From Spirulina sp. CCNP1310 (lineage in GTDB: Bacteria > Cyanobacteriota > Cyanobacteriia > Cyanobacteriales > Spirulinaceae): DNA of 64,000 nt. The position numbers and the translations under genes are program-made. Below, in pieces: positions 19,326-29,586 of the stretch; position 1 is the stretch's first letter, and the number at the start of each line of letters is the position of its first letter. The stretch is from positions 35,180 through 99,179 of the forward strand of contig NZ_JAYGHW010000066.1 in the NCBI RefSeq assembly GCF_034932185.1, read 5' to 3'. The notes under the pieces were generated by a model, which was not told the DNA's origin, did no database searches, and was given only the letters and a program-made list of their open reading frames with translations.

Positions 19326-19843
19326 AGGGGTTAGAGGGGTGAGGACTGGCGGCGGCTCAGATCAAAAATAGCAACCTGATCGTATCCCTGAACCGAGGTG
19401 AAGGGCAAAACCCACACTAAAAATTTTGGTTTTTGGGTTGCTGATCGCGCATTTTAAGGATCGCGACAATATCTGGATTTTATCCCAATCGGGCAATGGA
19501 GATCCGCAATTTCTCCAGTTCAGGGAAAGTTTCAACCACCCTTGAAATTCTCTGGCCGGTGATCCCCAAGGCATTTTTCACCCCGTCATAAAGATCAGCA
19601 ATTTTCTTGATCTCTAGGGCCTCAGGGTATTACAGCAAAAATTGACAAACCCTAGATTCGCAGTTCCCACGACTGATTTTTGATCTCATCCCTCAGTTCT
19701 CGATCGCCCTCTAAAGATTTTTTCAAAAAAATTTTCAAAAAATGTCACAACCCTGAAGTTTAGCGATATAGTTCTTAGTATGACCAAATTTATGCAGTCA
19801 TCCCTACGGAAATCTCAACCCTATAAGGAGGTCTATTAAAAAG

Positions 19844-20233
19844 ATGTCTGATACTAAGCTGACTGGCAAAGCGCTCCTTCAAAAAGTAAAGGAGTTAGCT
19901 GAACTGCCTCGCCGTGAGACAGCAAAGCAATGCGGCTACTACACCCGTAGCAAAAGTGGTGGCGCACGGGTGAACTTGACTGAATTTTACGATGCAGTTT
20001 TGGCGGCAAAAGGCGTTGCTTTAGACCCAGATGGTGCCAAAGATGGCCGGGGTCGTGAACCGACCTATCGCGTCAGTGTCCATAAAAATGGTCAAATTGT
20101 CATCGGCTCTACCTATACCAACGCCATGGGTTTACACCCCGGTGATGAATTTGAAATCAAGCTCGGTTATAAGCATATCAAGCTGAACAAGCTCGATGAA
20201 AATGGCTTGGCTTCTGGTAACGACGATAACTAA
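19844..20233 (+). CDS. Cyanobacterial AbrB-family transcriptional regulator (cyAbrB/CalA-like).
   Basis: 129 aa with a C-terminal swapped-hairpin AbrB domain (GQIVIGSTYTNAMGLHPGDEFEIKLG). Confidence 0.8.
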   Translation: MSDTKLTGKALLQKVKELAELPRRETAKQCGYYTRSKSGGARVNLTEFYDAVLAAKGVALDPDGAKDGRGREPTYRVSVHKNGQIVIGSTYTNAMGLHPGDEFEIKLGYKHIKLNKLDENGLASGNDDN

Positions 20234-20237
20234 CAAT

Positions 20238-20270
20238 CCTCGAGGGGGGGATTTTTTCCCCCATCAATCC
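20238..20270 (+). terminator. GC hairpin after abrB-like gene.
   Basis: GGGGGGGATTTTTTCCCCC lies immediately 3' of the stop. There is no extended U-tract. Confidence 0.3.
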
Positions 20271-20357
20271 ACGGGTGGATACTGCATTACAGATCCTTAA
20301 TTTAGGGATCTTGTCTAGGGCGTATTTCAGTCGATACAACAGGATTAATGTTGATAT

Positions 20358-20436
20358 GGGGTGATTTTTACCAATAGAAATCACCTCGCTTTTTCATGTC
20401 AATTGATATTGCTCAGGGCATCCCCTGAGCAATATT
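20358..20436. repeat. Two stable hairpins in a 600-bp intergenic region (GGTGATTT-N11-AAATCACC; ATATTGCTCAGGG-CATC-CCCTGAGCAATAT).
   Basis: Perfect 8-bp and 13-bp stems read from the sequence. A third hairpin, CCTGATCC-CCATT-GGATCAGG, lies at ~20712-20733. Confidence 0.7.
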
Positions 20437-20827
20437 CTCTTTCCGATTGCTGGGTGCATCCCGGCTTGGACAATCTACCCCACCCTGCGGGCAGCCGCTT
20501 CGCGTCTACATCCCCCCTGCCCCTTCTTCTCCCACAAGGGGCGAAGGGGAACCAGATTCAAAGTCCCTCTCTCTCCCTGGGGATTGAGGGTGAGGGGGGA
20601 AAAGTGGGATGTTCCCCGATTGCCTCCTGATGGGGCGGCGATCGCCCCTAGCGGCTCTGCACTGAGAACCTTTTATGGAGTAGGAATGTCGGCTCTATGG
20701 CCACAAAAAAGCCCTGATCCCCATTGGATCAGGACTAGCAATTTAACCGTTGAATCCTGTGGGGGGGGATGGATGCGCTGACGCGAATCGGTGCGCTCAC
20801 GCTCTGGGTCTCCCCCCACAAGCTTTG

Positions 20828-21103
20828 TTAGCCGCCAGCGACTGCCGGGACAATACTCACCTCATCGCCATCGCTGAGGGGGGTTTCAGGCCCATCCAGA
20901 AACCGAATATCTTCGCTATTGACGTAGAGGTTCAAAAAGCGGCGGGGTTTACCGGATTCATCACAGATGCGGGCTTTAATACCGGGGCAAGCGGTTTCGA
21001 GTTGATCAATCATTTCATTGATCGTTGTACCCGTGGTTTCAATCACCGCTTGATTGTTGGTGAACTTCTGCAAGGGGGTAGGAACAAGGACTTTAATCGC
21101 CAT
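20828..21103 (-). CDS. MoaD/ThiS-family sulfur-carrier protein, CysO-like (C-terminal Gly-Gly).
   Basis: 91 aa, beta-grasp pattern. It ends ...[14 protein letters not shown] and resembles CysO-type carriers (...[16 protein letters not shown]...). Confidence 0.75.
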   Translation of the reverse strand: MAIKVLVPTPLQKFTNNQAVIETTGTTINEMIDQLETACPGIKARICDESGKPRRFLNLYVNSEDIRFLDGPETPLSDGDEVSIVPAVAGG

Positions 21104-21218
21104 AGTGTAGTTTGAGAAAGAACAGGAATGGACGTGATCCCCCCCTGCCCCCCTTAAAAAAGGGGGGGAGAGGGTCGGCTTAAAAAGGGGGGATGGTTGG
21201 TAGGGGATCGAGGGGCAA

Positions 21219-22517
21219 TTAGACTAAAACTTGCTGCCAATCGAGGCGATCCAAGGTTTGGGCCCGCTCCCATGCCCGCTCGAAGCTGTCTAATTTGGCT
21301 TCGATGGTGAGGGGTTCGGAGATGTAGCCTTGGATGGCTTCTTGGGTTTTCAGTCCGTTGCCGGTGATGTAAACCACGGTGGTTTCATCGGGGCTGATTT
21401 TGCCCGCTTCGACGAGTTTTTTGAGGACGGCGATGGTCGTACCGCCAGCGGTTTCGGTGAAGATGCCTTCGGTTTCGGCTAAGAGCTTGATCCCTTCGAT
21501 GATTTCGGCATCGGTGGCGGATTCAATGTGGCCGTTGGTTTCGTTGGCTTGCTCGACGGCGTAGACCCCATCAGCAGGGTTGCCGATCGCAATGGATTTG
21601 GCAACGGTGTTGGGTTTGACGGGATCAATGAAATCGCGACCGGATTTAAAGGCTTGGGCCACGGGGGAGCAACCTTCCGCTTGTGCGCCGCTATAGCGCA
21701 CCGGCTTGTCTTCCACTAAGCCGCATTTGACAAACTCTTCAAAGCCTTTGCGGATCTTGGTGTAGAGGGAGCCGGAGGCGATGGGGGCGACGATATGGTC
21801 GGGGAGTTGCCAGCCCAGTTGTTCCGCCACTTCAAACCCTAAGGTTTTAGAGCCTTCGGAATAGTAGGGGCGGAGGTTAATGTTGACAAAGCCCCAGCCG
21901 TAGGTGTTGGCCACTTCGGAACAGAGCCGGTTTACTTGGTCATAATTGCCTTTCACCGCCATCACCGTGGGGTTATAGATCAGCGTCCCCAACACCTTCC
22001 CGGCTTCTAAATCAGCGGGAATGAAAACGCAACATTCTAAACCGGCATGGGCAGCGATCGCCGCTGTCGAGTTGGCTAAATTGCCGGTGCTGGCACAGGA
22101 GACGGTGGAGAAACCCAGTTCCCGCGCTCGGGTCAGGGCAACGGAGACCACCCGGTCTTTAAAACTGAGGGTGGGCATATTCACCGCGTCGTTTTTGATG
22201 TAGAGGTTTTTCAAACCTAAGCGCCGCGCCAACCGGGTGGACTTCACCAAGGGGGTCATCCCCGTACCCACATCGATCACGTTATCCGTAGCCACGGGGA
22301 GAAACGCCCGATACCGCCAAATGGAATGGGGGCCGGCGGCGATGGTTTCACGGGTGACGGTATCGCGGATCTTGTCGTAGTCGTAGACCACTTCCAAGGG
22401 GGCGAAGGTGTTTTCGCAAATATTAATGGGGAGCAGGTCGTAGGTGTAGTCCCCTTCTTTGGATTTGAGGTGGGTGAAGGTGGCGGATTCACTGCGTTTG
22501 GCGATCGCTTGTGTCAT
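21219..22517 (-). CDS. thrC: Threonine synthase (PLP fold-type II).
   Basis: PLP-Lys motif TLSFKDR. 432 aa with the long N-terminal domain typical of ThrC. Confidence 0.8.
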   Translation of the reverse strand: MTQAIAKRSESATFTHLKSKEGDYTYDLLPINICENTFAPLEVVYDYDKIRDTVTRETIAAGPHSIWRYRAFLPVATDNVIDVGTGMTPLVKSTRLARRLGLKNLYIKNDAVNMPTLSFKDRVVSVALTRARELGFSTVSCASTGNLANSTAAIAAHAGLECCVFIPADLEAGKVLGTLIYNPTVMAVKGNYDQVNRLCSEVANTYGWGFVNINLRPYYSEGSKTLGFEVAEQLGWQLPDHIVAPIASGSLYTKIRKGFEEFVKCGLVEDKPVRYSGAQAEGCSPVAQAFKSGRDFIDPVKPNTVAKSIAIGNPADGVYAVEQANETNGHIESATDAEIIEGIKLLAETEGIFTETAGGTTIAVLKKLVEAGKISPDETTVVYITGNGLKTQEAIQGYISEPLTIEAKLDSFERAWERAQTLDRLDWQQVLV

Positions 22518-22641
22518 GTAAAACTTACTCTCAATTCAACGGTTGCCTGATAGTAACACGGGCAAAAATGCCGGTCAAACATACCCGATAAAATTTGTCG
22601 GGTATAGAAATTGAGGCAATATTTGCCCAGGCTCTCCCAAC

Positions 22642-24207
22642 TTGTTAACGTTGAGGGCAGAAAGCATTCTTAATCGCTGTGCTCCCCTGCCGCTGATGAT
22701 CCTGGAGACAATCCGCCCCGCTATGCCACGCCCTTGGTTTCGTCTTGCTTTAGGGGTAATTTTTTTGGGATGCCTGCTGCTACGCCTGTGGCGGTTGGAG
22801 CAGTTTAATACTCTTGTATTTGACGAAATCTACTATCCGGTTTTTGCCAATCGCTACCTAACCGGGGAATTTGTCTATAACTCCCATCCCCCCTTGAGCC
22901 AAATCCTGATCGCCGTGGGGATGTGGTTAGCCAGTTGGTTGCCCGCTGAACCAGATACGATCAATGGGTTAACGGGAGCGATGCGCTCCACGTTTAGTTA
23001 TCGTTGGTTGAATGCGATCGCCGGAGCCGCAATTCCCGTCGTCGGGGGCTTGATTGCCTATCACCTCAGCCAGCGGCGCAGTTTCGGGATCACTACTGCG
23101 CTGTTGCTCTCCCTCGATGGCCTGCTGTTGGTGGAATCCCGCTATGGTTTGAATAATATCTATTTGGTGTTGTTTGGCCTGTTGGGCCATTTGGCTTTGT
23201 TGCAAGGCTTGGGCGATCGCCCCCGCCCCACGGTAATCACCCGACGAGTACGCTGGTTCCGGGACTATCGGGGGGCCAAGTTTGCCCAGTTGCGGCGGTT
23301 GAGTGATTGGGTGAGCGATGGCCTCCGCTCCCGTCGCCCCCTTCAGCCGGAACAATATTTTATGTTGGCGGGGTTTTGGTTGGGCTGTGCCGCTGCGGTG
23401 AAATGGAATGGCTTAGGGTTTTTATTAGCCATTTATGGACTGTGGGCGATCGCCCACCTCCTCACCTGGATCGCCCCTCAAACCTTAGGCTTTCCCTGTA
23501 ACCGTTTAGCCACCCTCACCCCCCTCAACATCGCCCTTTATTTTGGCCTGGTTCCCCTCCTCACCTATAGCCTCGCCTGGATCCCCCATCTGCTCCTCAA
23601 TCCCCACCCCAACCTCTGGCAAGTTCATCGCCAGATCCTCGCCTTTCACCATGCCCTAGGCAGTGGCGCAGGCATACACCCCTATTGTTCCCCCTGGTTT
23701 AGTTGGCTCCTCATGTGGCGACCCGTCGCCTATTTCTATGCCACCGCCCGCAATTTTAGCGAGACTGTCCCCGCCTATCCCACCCTCCCCCCGGAAGCGG
23801 TGCAGGTGGTCTATGATGTCCATGGCATGGGGAATCCAATCCTCTGGTGGGGGGCAACGGCGGCGGTCGGCACGTTACTTTTGCGGGTATGGCAAGCTGA
23901 CCCACAGGAACGGGGGATCAACTTCTATCTCCTCTGTAGCTATGGGGCGAATCTGCTCCCCTGGGCCAATGTCAGCCGCTGCACATTTCTCTATCACTAC
24001 ATGGCGGCCTTGATTTTCGCCGTTCTTGCCCTCGCCTACGCTTGCGATCGCCTCTGTTGGCAAGGCCCCCTAACCCGGTGGCCATGGGGTATCGGTTTAA
24101 TCACCCTCTGTGCAGTGGCCTTCTGGTTTTGGTCGCCCCTCTATCTAGGCTTACCCCTATCTCCCCAAAGCTATCAATTGCGGATGTGGTTTTCCCACTG
24201 GATTTGA
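22642..24207 (+). CDS. GT39/PMT-like membrane glycosyltransferase (dolichyl/polyprenyl-phosphate-mannose-dependent family).
   Basis: Multi-pass membrane protein with the DE motif in the first loop (LVFDEIYYPVF). Alternative starts lie at 22696 and 22723. Confidence 0.65.
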   Translation: MLTLRAESILNRCAPLPLMILETIRPAMPRPWFRLALGVIFLGCLLLRLWRLEQFNTLVFDEIYYPVFANRYLTGEFVYNSHPPLSQILIAVGMWLASWLPAEPDTINGLTGAMRSTFSYRWLNAIAGAAIPVVGGLIAYHLSQRRSFGITTALLLSLDGLLLVESRYGLNNIYLVLFGLLGHLALLQGLGDRPRPTVITRRVRWFRDYRGAKFAQLRRLSDWVSDGLRSRRPLQPEQYFMLAGFWLGCAAAVKWNGLGFLLAIYGLWAIAHLLTWIAPQTLGFPCNRLATLTPLNIALYFGLVPLLTYSLAWIPHLLLNPHPNLWQVHRQILAFHHALGSGAGIHPYCSPWFSWLLMWRPVAYFYATARNFSETVPAYPTLPPEAVQVVYDVHGMGNPILWWGATAAVGTLLLRVWQADPQERGINFYLLCSYGANLLPWANVSRCTFLYHYMAALIFAVLALAYACDRLCWQGPLTRWPWGIGLITLCAVAFWFWSPLYLGLPLSPQSYQLRMWFSHWI

Positions 24208-24210
24208 TGG

Positions 24211-25548
24211 CTATTGGGAGGGGCTGGTTTGGGCTTGAGGGGGCCGCGACACAGAGCCGGGCCGTCGGGCCGTCACCTGCTCCAGCACCACTGCCAACGA
24301 CCGAGCAAATTGGGGATCTTCCACCGTACCAATGCGATCATTATTTAATTGCAGTTCTTCCCGTTGCTCATCACTGAGTTCGACAACAATATCCGGTTTA
24401 ATTTTTTTATCCTTCGTAATGCTATTGCCGTTGGGGGTGCGATATTCAGCGATGGTAACGGCTAAACCTGACCCATCACTCAAGGGCCGCACCGATTGCA
24501 CCAACCCTTTACCAAAACTATCTGTCCCCACCAACGTAGCGCGGCGATTTTCCTGCAAGGCTGCTGAAACAATCTCGCTGGCACTAGCCGAACCCCCATC
24601 AATCATCACCACCAGGGGTTTATTGGTGATGGCGGTATTGTTGGCCTCTTGCCGTTCCACTTCACCACGCCGGTCATGGGTGGAGACAATGCGGCCGCGA
24701 TTGAGCCACATCCGCGCAATATCAATACTGGCATTGAGTAGGCCGCCGGGATTGGAGCGCAGATCTAAAACGTAGCCCACCACAGCCCCCTCGCCTCGGA
24801 TTGCTTCAAAGTCCCGCAATGCCTTGCGCATATCTTGGGTGGCGTTGGCGTTAAATTGGGTGAGGCGAATATAGGCGATATTTCCCGCTGGGGTGGATTC
24901 GACACGGGTGCGCACGGGATGAATTTCAATGCGATCGCGCCGGAGGGGGAATTCAATCTCCCGCTCTCCCCGGCGGATCGTCAGAATCACCTCCGTTCCC
25001 CGTTCCCCACGAATCAATTGCACCGCATCATTAACATCCATCCCCAAGGTATCCACATCATCAATTTTCATGATGATGTCCTTGGCGAGAATCCCGGCAT
25101 TAAAGGCGGGACTGTCATCAATGGGGGAAATGACAATCAGGCGATCGCTCTCCTCATCCTTGGCGATCTGAATCCCCACCCCCGTTAGGGAACCGGAGGT
25201 ATCAATCTGCATATCTTGAAACTCTTTGGGATCCATGAAGCGAGTATAGGGATCATCCAAAGTTTTGAGCATCTCCCGCACCGCTTCGTAGGCATCGTCT
25301 TGGCTGGTGTAGGAGCGTTCGAGGTATTCGGTGCGGAGCGATCGCCAATCCTGCTGGTTAAACGTCCCATCCACATAATACCGATTAATGATCTGCCACA
25401 CCTCATCCACTAACTCCTTCGGGCTAGTGCTTAAGCTCAAAATCTGTCCCTGGGATAAGTGCAGTCCGGCTCCAGTCACCGCCACCGTCGTTAACACAAA
25501 GGCGGTTGCGCCAAGGACAAGTCCACGTTTTGCGAATACCATAAACAC
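24211..25548 (-). CDS. ctpA: Carboxyl-terminal processing protease (S41 family, PDZ domain).
   Basis: N-terminal anchor, PDZ region, and the S41 catalytic region (...GGSASASEIVSAAL...TLVGTDSFGKGLVQSV). Confidence 0.88.
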   Translation of the reverse strand: MFMVFAKRGLVLGATAFVLTTVAVTGAGLHLSQGQILSLSTSPKELVDEVWQIINRYYVDGTFNQQDWRSLRTEYLERSYTSQDDAYEAVREMLKTLDDPYTRFMDPKEFQDMQIDTSGSLTGVGIQIAKDEESDRLIVISPIDDSPAFNAGILAKDIIMKIDDVDTLGMDVNDAVQLIRGERGTEVILTIRRGEREIEFPLRRDRIEIHPVRTRVESTPAGNIAYIRLTQFNANATQDMRKALRDFEAIRGEGAVVGYVLDLRSNPGGLLNASIDIARMWLNRGRIVSTHDRRGEVERQEANNTAITNKPLVVMIDGGSASASEIVSAALQENRRATLVGTDSFGKGLVQSVRPLSDGSGLAVTIAEYRTPNGNSITKDKKIKPDIVVELSDEQREELQLNNDRIGTVEDPQFARSLAVVLEQVTARRPGSVSRPPQAQTSPSQ

Positions 25549-25638
25549 TCGTTGAGATGAGGAGTCACTTAACGCTACTCTAACACAGGATTTTACGAAT
25601 GGCAGAAAGCCCTAATGCTGTTCATGGAACTTTCTTTG

Positions 25639-25830
25639 TCAAAAAAGCTCATCAGCAGTGCATTGTTTGCCATGACGGATGATCTGTTCCCCATCCTCGT
25701 TCAAAATAATGCATTCAGTACCCTTCGACTGGCCTTTTCTCCATTCCACGAAAACCCAGACAGTCAGAGCCAACAGCACAATAATTGCCACTAATCCCAG
25801 TTCTTGTAAGCGACGCTCCCAATCGGACAT
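25639..25830 (-). CDS. Small membrane protein, hypothetical.
   Basis: One TM helix (LGLVAIIVLLALTVWVF). It sits directly upstream of ctpA on the same strand. The start could be at 25884. Confidence 0.35.
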   Translation of the reverse strand: MSDWERRLQELGLVAIIVLLALTVWVFVEWRKGQSKGTECIILNEDGEQIIRHGKQCTADELF

Positions 25831-26049
25831 AAAAGATCCACCGTTGTTGACGCTGTTGTAGTAACAATTAAATGAATCATTCAAACATGAACGAGGATTC
25901 CTTCAAATTATAACAGGCTGGCGTGAGCCGTCAAAATCCTGTGTTTCATCCAGCATACAAATGTTCTTGTATGAATTTAATGGGGGCCCATGGGATGGTC
26001 AGCATCGATAGCAGCGATCGCCACAGCAGATCGTTGCAAAGATGAAACA

Positions 26050-27255
26050 TTACAGGGGAGAAAGACGGGCAATCCGGGCTTGATAGCGGCCAGATTGTAA
26101 CGAATGGTCAGCTAACCATTGGCGATCGCCCGGACTATCGGCCAACCAGCGCTCAATCACATCGCCCCAACGTACCGGAACCTGGAGAAACTCCCAAGCC
26201 GCTTGACTGTTTTGTGAAAGGGATGTGTAGAGGGAGGGGGAAGTGATTAATGCTTGAGCGCAACGGGCGATCGCCTCTCCATCCCCCGCCGGAAAAATCA
26301 TCGCACTTTCCCGATGTTGCAAAATCCCCTCAAACATCGGATGGTCTGAGGCAATAATCGGGGTTCGGGATAATAACGCTTGGTTAATCGTAAAGGGAAA
26401 ACCTTCAGGGTAGTTGTGACGACTGGAAATCAAAACCAAATCCGCTGCGGCCATCGCATCAATGACCTCAAAATTAGGAATGAGGCCGAGAAACGTAACC
26501 GCATCACTAATCCCCAAACTTGCCGCTTGCTGTTTAAATAAATCCAGATTCCCCTTTCCGGCAATTTTAAACTGAAGATTAATCCCCGCTTGGCGCAACT
26601 TTGCCACCGCATTAATCCCATCCCCCACACCTTTTTCAGGAATCACAGAACCCACATAAAACATCGTCCAAGGCTGGGTTTCAGAACAAGGGGGAAAAGG
26701 CTTAGATTCACGATTTGACCAAGTTTGCGGCCAATCCCAAGGGATAATTTTAGCGGGGTTAACGCCAATTTTTTGTAAGCTGTAACTGGAGTTAATATTG
26801 TGATTAAATACCCATTCAATTTGAGGATGATTAAACAGTTGTGCTGTGCGCCAATTTTTTAACCGTTCCCGCCAAGTGTTTTGGTGATAGGAATTAGCCA
26901 AGGCCGCAATGGTGCGCAGATCTTTTTGATGACTGGCCCAGCGCAGAATACTCATCATCGGCGCACGCACCATTAAATGGGTGGGCTTTTGGGCAGCAAC
27001 CTTTGCCACTAATTCCCGATGTTGCTTGACGGGATCGGCTAAACCCGCTTCAATGACGCGACAACCATCGGGCAAGGTTTCTTCATGGGCTATTTCTGAT
27101 TTACAGGTAAACACCGTTACTTGATGATGTTTACTCATCTCAGTAAAGCGCTCTACCATAAAGCTGTGACCGTGCCAGGTGGAGGGTTTGCCCGCTTGAA
27201 TCCGATACCAGGCGTTGCGATAGTCCCCCGCATATAACACCAACATGAAATGCAT
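26050..27255 (-). CDS. Glycosyltransferase family 4.
   Basis: GT1-fold C-terminal domain (AADLVLISSRHNYPEGFPFTINQALLSRTPIIASD). Confidence 0.75.
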   Translation of the reverse strand: MHFMLVLYAGDYRNAWYRIQAGKPSTWHGHSFMVERFTEMSKHHQVTVFTCKSEIAHEETLPDGCRVIEAGLADPVKQHRELVAKVAAQKPTHLMVRAPMMSILRWASHQKDLRTIAALANSYHQNTWRERLKNWRTAQLFNHPQIEWVFNHNINSSYSLQKIGVNPAKIIPWDWPQTWSNRESKPFPPCSETQPWTMFYVGSVIPEKGVGDGINAVAKLRQAGINLQFKIAGKGNLDLFKQQAASLGISDAVTFLGLIPNFEVIDAMAAADLVLISSRHNYPEGFPFTINQALLSRTPIIASDHPMFEGILQHRESAMIFPAGDGEAIARCAQALITSPSLYTSLSQNSQAAWEFLQVPVRWGDVIERWLADSPGDRQWLADHSLQSGRYQARIARLSPL

Positions 27256-27441
27256 CGTTCAATCTCCCTAGGGCTTCTATTTTTGAGGGTGAAGGCAGCA
27301 GTTCAACCGTAGGCATAGGGTGAACCGAAATAAAATGGGCGCATCTCACTTTTGATACTGTGGAATAACGACTAAGATCGTTACTACAAGCGTTTGTCGT
27401 GAGGAATTTAGTTCTCGCGCAATGAGATGCAACCAACACAA

Positions 27442-28602
27442 TTACCGTTCACTGAGGAGTTCTTCCATATCCTTGCGTTCCGCTGGTTCTGTTAACGGTA
27501 AACTTTGGCGGGTATCGGTGATTAACCAATCGAGGGCGGCGGCTTTGACATCGATCGCCGCGCCGTTTTTATCGACACAATAGCGACCAAAGACTAATTT
27601 ATCCACCAACCGCACCCCCGGCCCGAGGCGAGAATATTCAAAAATCACGCTATTATCCACCGTAGCCCCAGCGCAAATATGGCAACTGGGGCCCACCATT
27701 GCTGGGCCGATAATCGTTGCGCCATCTTCGATATAGGTCATGCTGCCGATGTAAACTGGGCCTTGAATATCTACTTTATCCCAATTGACCCGCACATTTA
27801 AGCCGGTATAAACCCCCGGTTGCTCTTGACGGCCGGGAATGTCTACGTTTTTAATATCCCCCCGCAACACGCTGCGAATGGCGTGCCAATAGTCGGGGAC
27901 TTTACCAATATCCACCCATTCAAAATCCATGGCGACGGCATAGAAGGGCGCTCCCATTGCCACCAACTTGGGGAAGAGGTCGCCGCCAATGTCGTAGACT
28001 TGACCGGCGGGGATGTAGTCGATCACCTCTGGTTCAAAGATATAGATGCCGGTGTTGATCATTGTGCTGAGGGCATCTTCGACGGCGGGTTTTTCCTGAA
28101 AGGCTTGGACGCGGCCAGTGTCATCGGTGACGACGACTCCATAACTGGGGACTTGTTCTTTGGGGACGGTTTTGGTGATGATCGTGGCGATCGCCCCATG
28201 GGATTTATGCCATTCCACCGCAGCGGTGAGATCCAGATCGATCAGGGCATCGCCACAGAGCACCACAAACGTATCATCAAAAAAGGGCTTAAAATCCTGA
28301 ATCCGTTTCAACCCCCCCGCAGACCCCAACGCCCGGCCCACCAATTGCCCATCGACAATATTTCCCTCAAAGGAATAGCCCAACTCCACGCCAAACCGCT
28401 GGCCATCGCGGAAATATCCCTCAATTTCATTGGCCAAATGGCTGACATTGACCATCACCTGATCAAAACCATGCTTGCGCAACAATTCTAGGAGAAATTC
28501 CATGACTGGCTTTTGCAAAATGGGAATCAGCGGTTTGGGGATCGTATAGGTAATGGGGCGAACCCTTGTTCCCTTCCCGGCTGCCAGAATCATGGCTTTC
28601 AT
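27442..28602 (-). CDS. Sugar-1-phosphate nucleotidyltransferase (mannose-1-P guanylyl-/glucose-1-P type) with a C-terminal left-handed beta-helix.
   Basis: N-terminal MKAMILAAGKGTRVRPITYTIPKPL (G-x-G-T-R nucleotide-binding motif) and hexapeptide repeats in the C-terminus. Confidence 0.85.
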   Translation of the reverse strand: MKAMILAAGKGTRVRPITYTIPKPLIPILQKPVMEFLLELLRKHGFDQVMVNVSHLANEIEGYFRDGQRFGVELGYSFEGNIVDGQLVGRALGSAGGLKRIQDFKPFFDDTFVVLCGDALIDLDLTAAVEWHKSHGAIATIITKTVPKEQVPSYGVVVTDDTGRVQAFQEKPAVEDALSTMINTGIYIFEPEVIDYIPAGQVYDIGGDLFPKLVAMGAPFYAVAMDFEWVDIGKVPDYWHAIRSVLRGDIKNVDIPGRQEQPGVYTGLNVRVNWDKVDIQGPVYIGSMTYIEDGATIIGPAMVGPSCHICAGATVDNSVIFEYSRLGPGVRLVDKLVFGRYCVDKNGAAIDVKAAALDWLITDTRQSLPLTEPAERKDMEELLSER

Positions 28603-28682
28603 GCGTACTTATCCTCGTTAACGTCGGTTCTCAACAAGCTTGGATGACTCCACCTGATTTTATCCCATCTTCCGAGACTGGC

Positions 28683-29465
28683 TTAGTGAATCAGGGGTTT
28701 TATCGAGAGGTCTTCGTAGAAGTGAGATTGAAATAGTTCTACCTTGGATTGGGAGGCTAAGAACAACAAGGCCCAAAACACCCCCACCCGCTCATGGGTG
28801 TTGGCCAGTTGGTGCTGAGATTCCGCCCACCATTGCACCAATTGATCGAGGGGGATGGTTTCCGTGGGGGCTTGATCGGCAAGGGCGGCCAGTTTTTGCT
28901 GATATTGAGGCAAGACCTCCCGCACAAAGATTTCCAGTTGGCTGGCCATTTCGGTGAGGTTTTCATCGTGGGCGAGGGCGGTGATGTGTTGGCGGGCTTC
29001 TTTGTGGCTGTAGCCTTTGGTTGGGGGGCGGGGGCGGGGGGGTTTGGTTTCCAGTACCTGCGCCATTTGTTGAATTTGGGTGATCAGTTCGTCGAGGGTG
29101 ACGCGACGGCGGCGCAGGGGCGGGGCGGCGGGGCGGCGGCGGATGTGTTTTTCCATACGGGTGGGGAGTTGCCGCTCCGGGAGATCATTGAGGTCTTCGG
29201 GAATGTCTTCCGGTTCGGGTTCTAGGGGGATTTCGAGACTATCGGCTTTGAGGAGGACGAGCATGGAGGCCCAAAGGAAGGTTTGACCCGATCGCGGCAG
29301 ATCTGCTTGTTCCTGATGGGGTTCTAAATCCCCACTGAGGGCTAATTTACTCAAATAGCGGTCAATGACATCAATCACCTGCACATCCCAGGGGTCAATT
29401 TCCCCCCGCTGGGCCAGGTCAACCAGGACGGCGATCGCCTCTTCCGCTAAATTAATACTCATCAC
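28683..29465 (-). CDS. scpA: Segregation and condensation protein A (ScpA kleisin)-like.
   Basis: N-terminal AIAVLVDLAQRGEIDPWDVQVIDVIDRYL resembles the ScpA SMC-binding helix motif. It also has a C-terminal winged-helix-like region and a central Pro/Arg-rich insert. Confidence 0.55.
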   Translation of the reverse strand: MMSINLAEEAIAVLVDLAQRGEIDPWDVQVIDVIDRYLSKLALSGDLEPHQEQADLPRSGQTFLWASMLVLLKADSLEIPLEPEPEDIPEDLNDLPERQLPTRMEKHIRRRPAAPPLRRRRVTLDELITQIQQMAQVLETKPPRPRPPTKGYSHKEARQHITALAHDENLTEMASQLEIFVREVLPQYQQKLAALADQAPTETIPLDQLVQWWAESQHQLANTHERVGVFWALLFLASQSKVELFQSHFYEDLSIKPLIH

Positions 29466-29586
29466 TCAACCCCAAATCTGCCCCCATTTTCACTAATTTC
29501 TAGTCAAGGCGCAAAAAAACCTCCGCTGGGCGGAGGCATAGAGAGGAGTGGCCGATGATCAACAAACTCAAGCAAGATTGAGCTTT

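Noticed and set aside
19362-19574. 70-aa ORF in the sdhB-abrB intergenic region and the 40716..40955 ORF upstream of the REC-HK.
   Set aside because: They have no motifs and poor codon character, and they lie in promoter regions. They are treated as non-coding.
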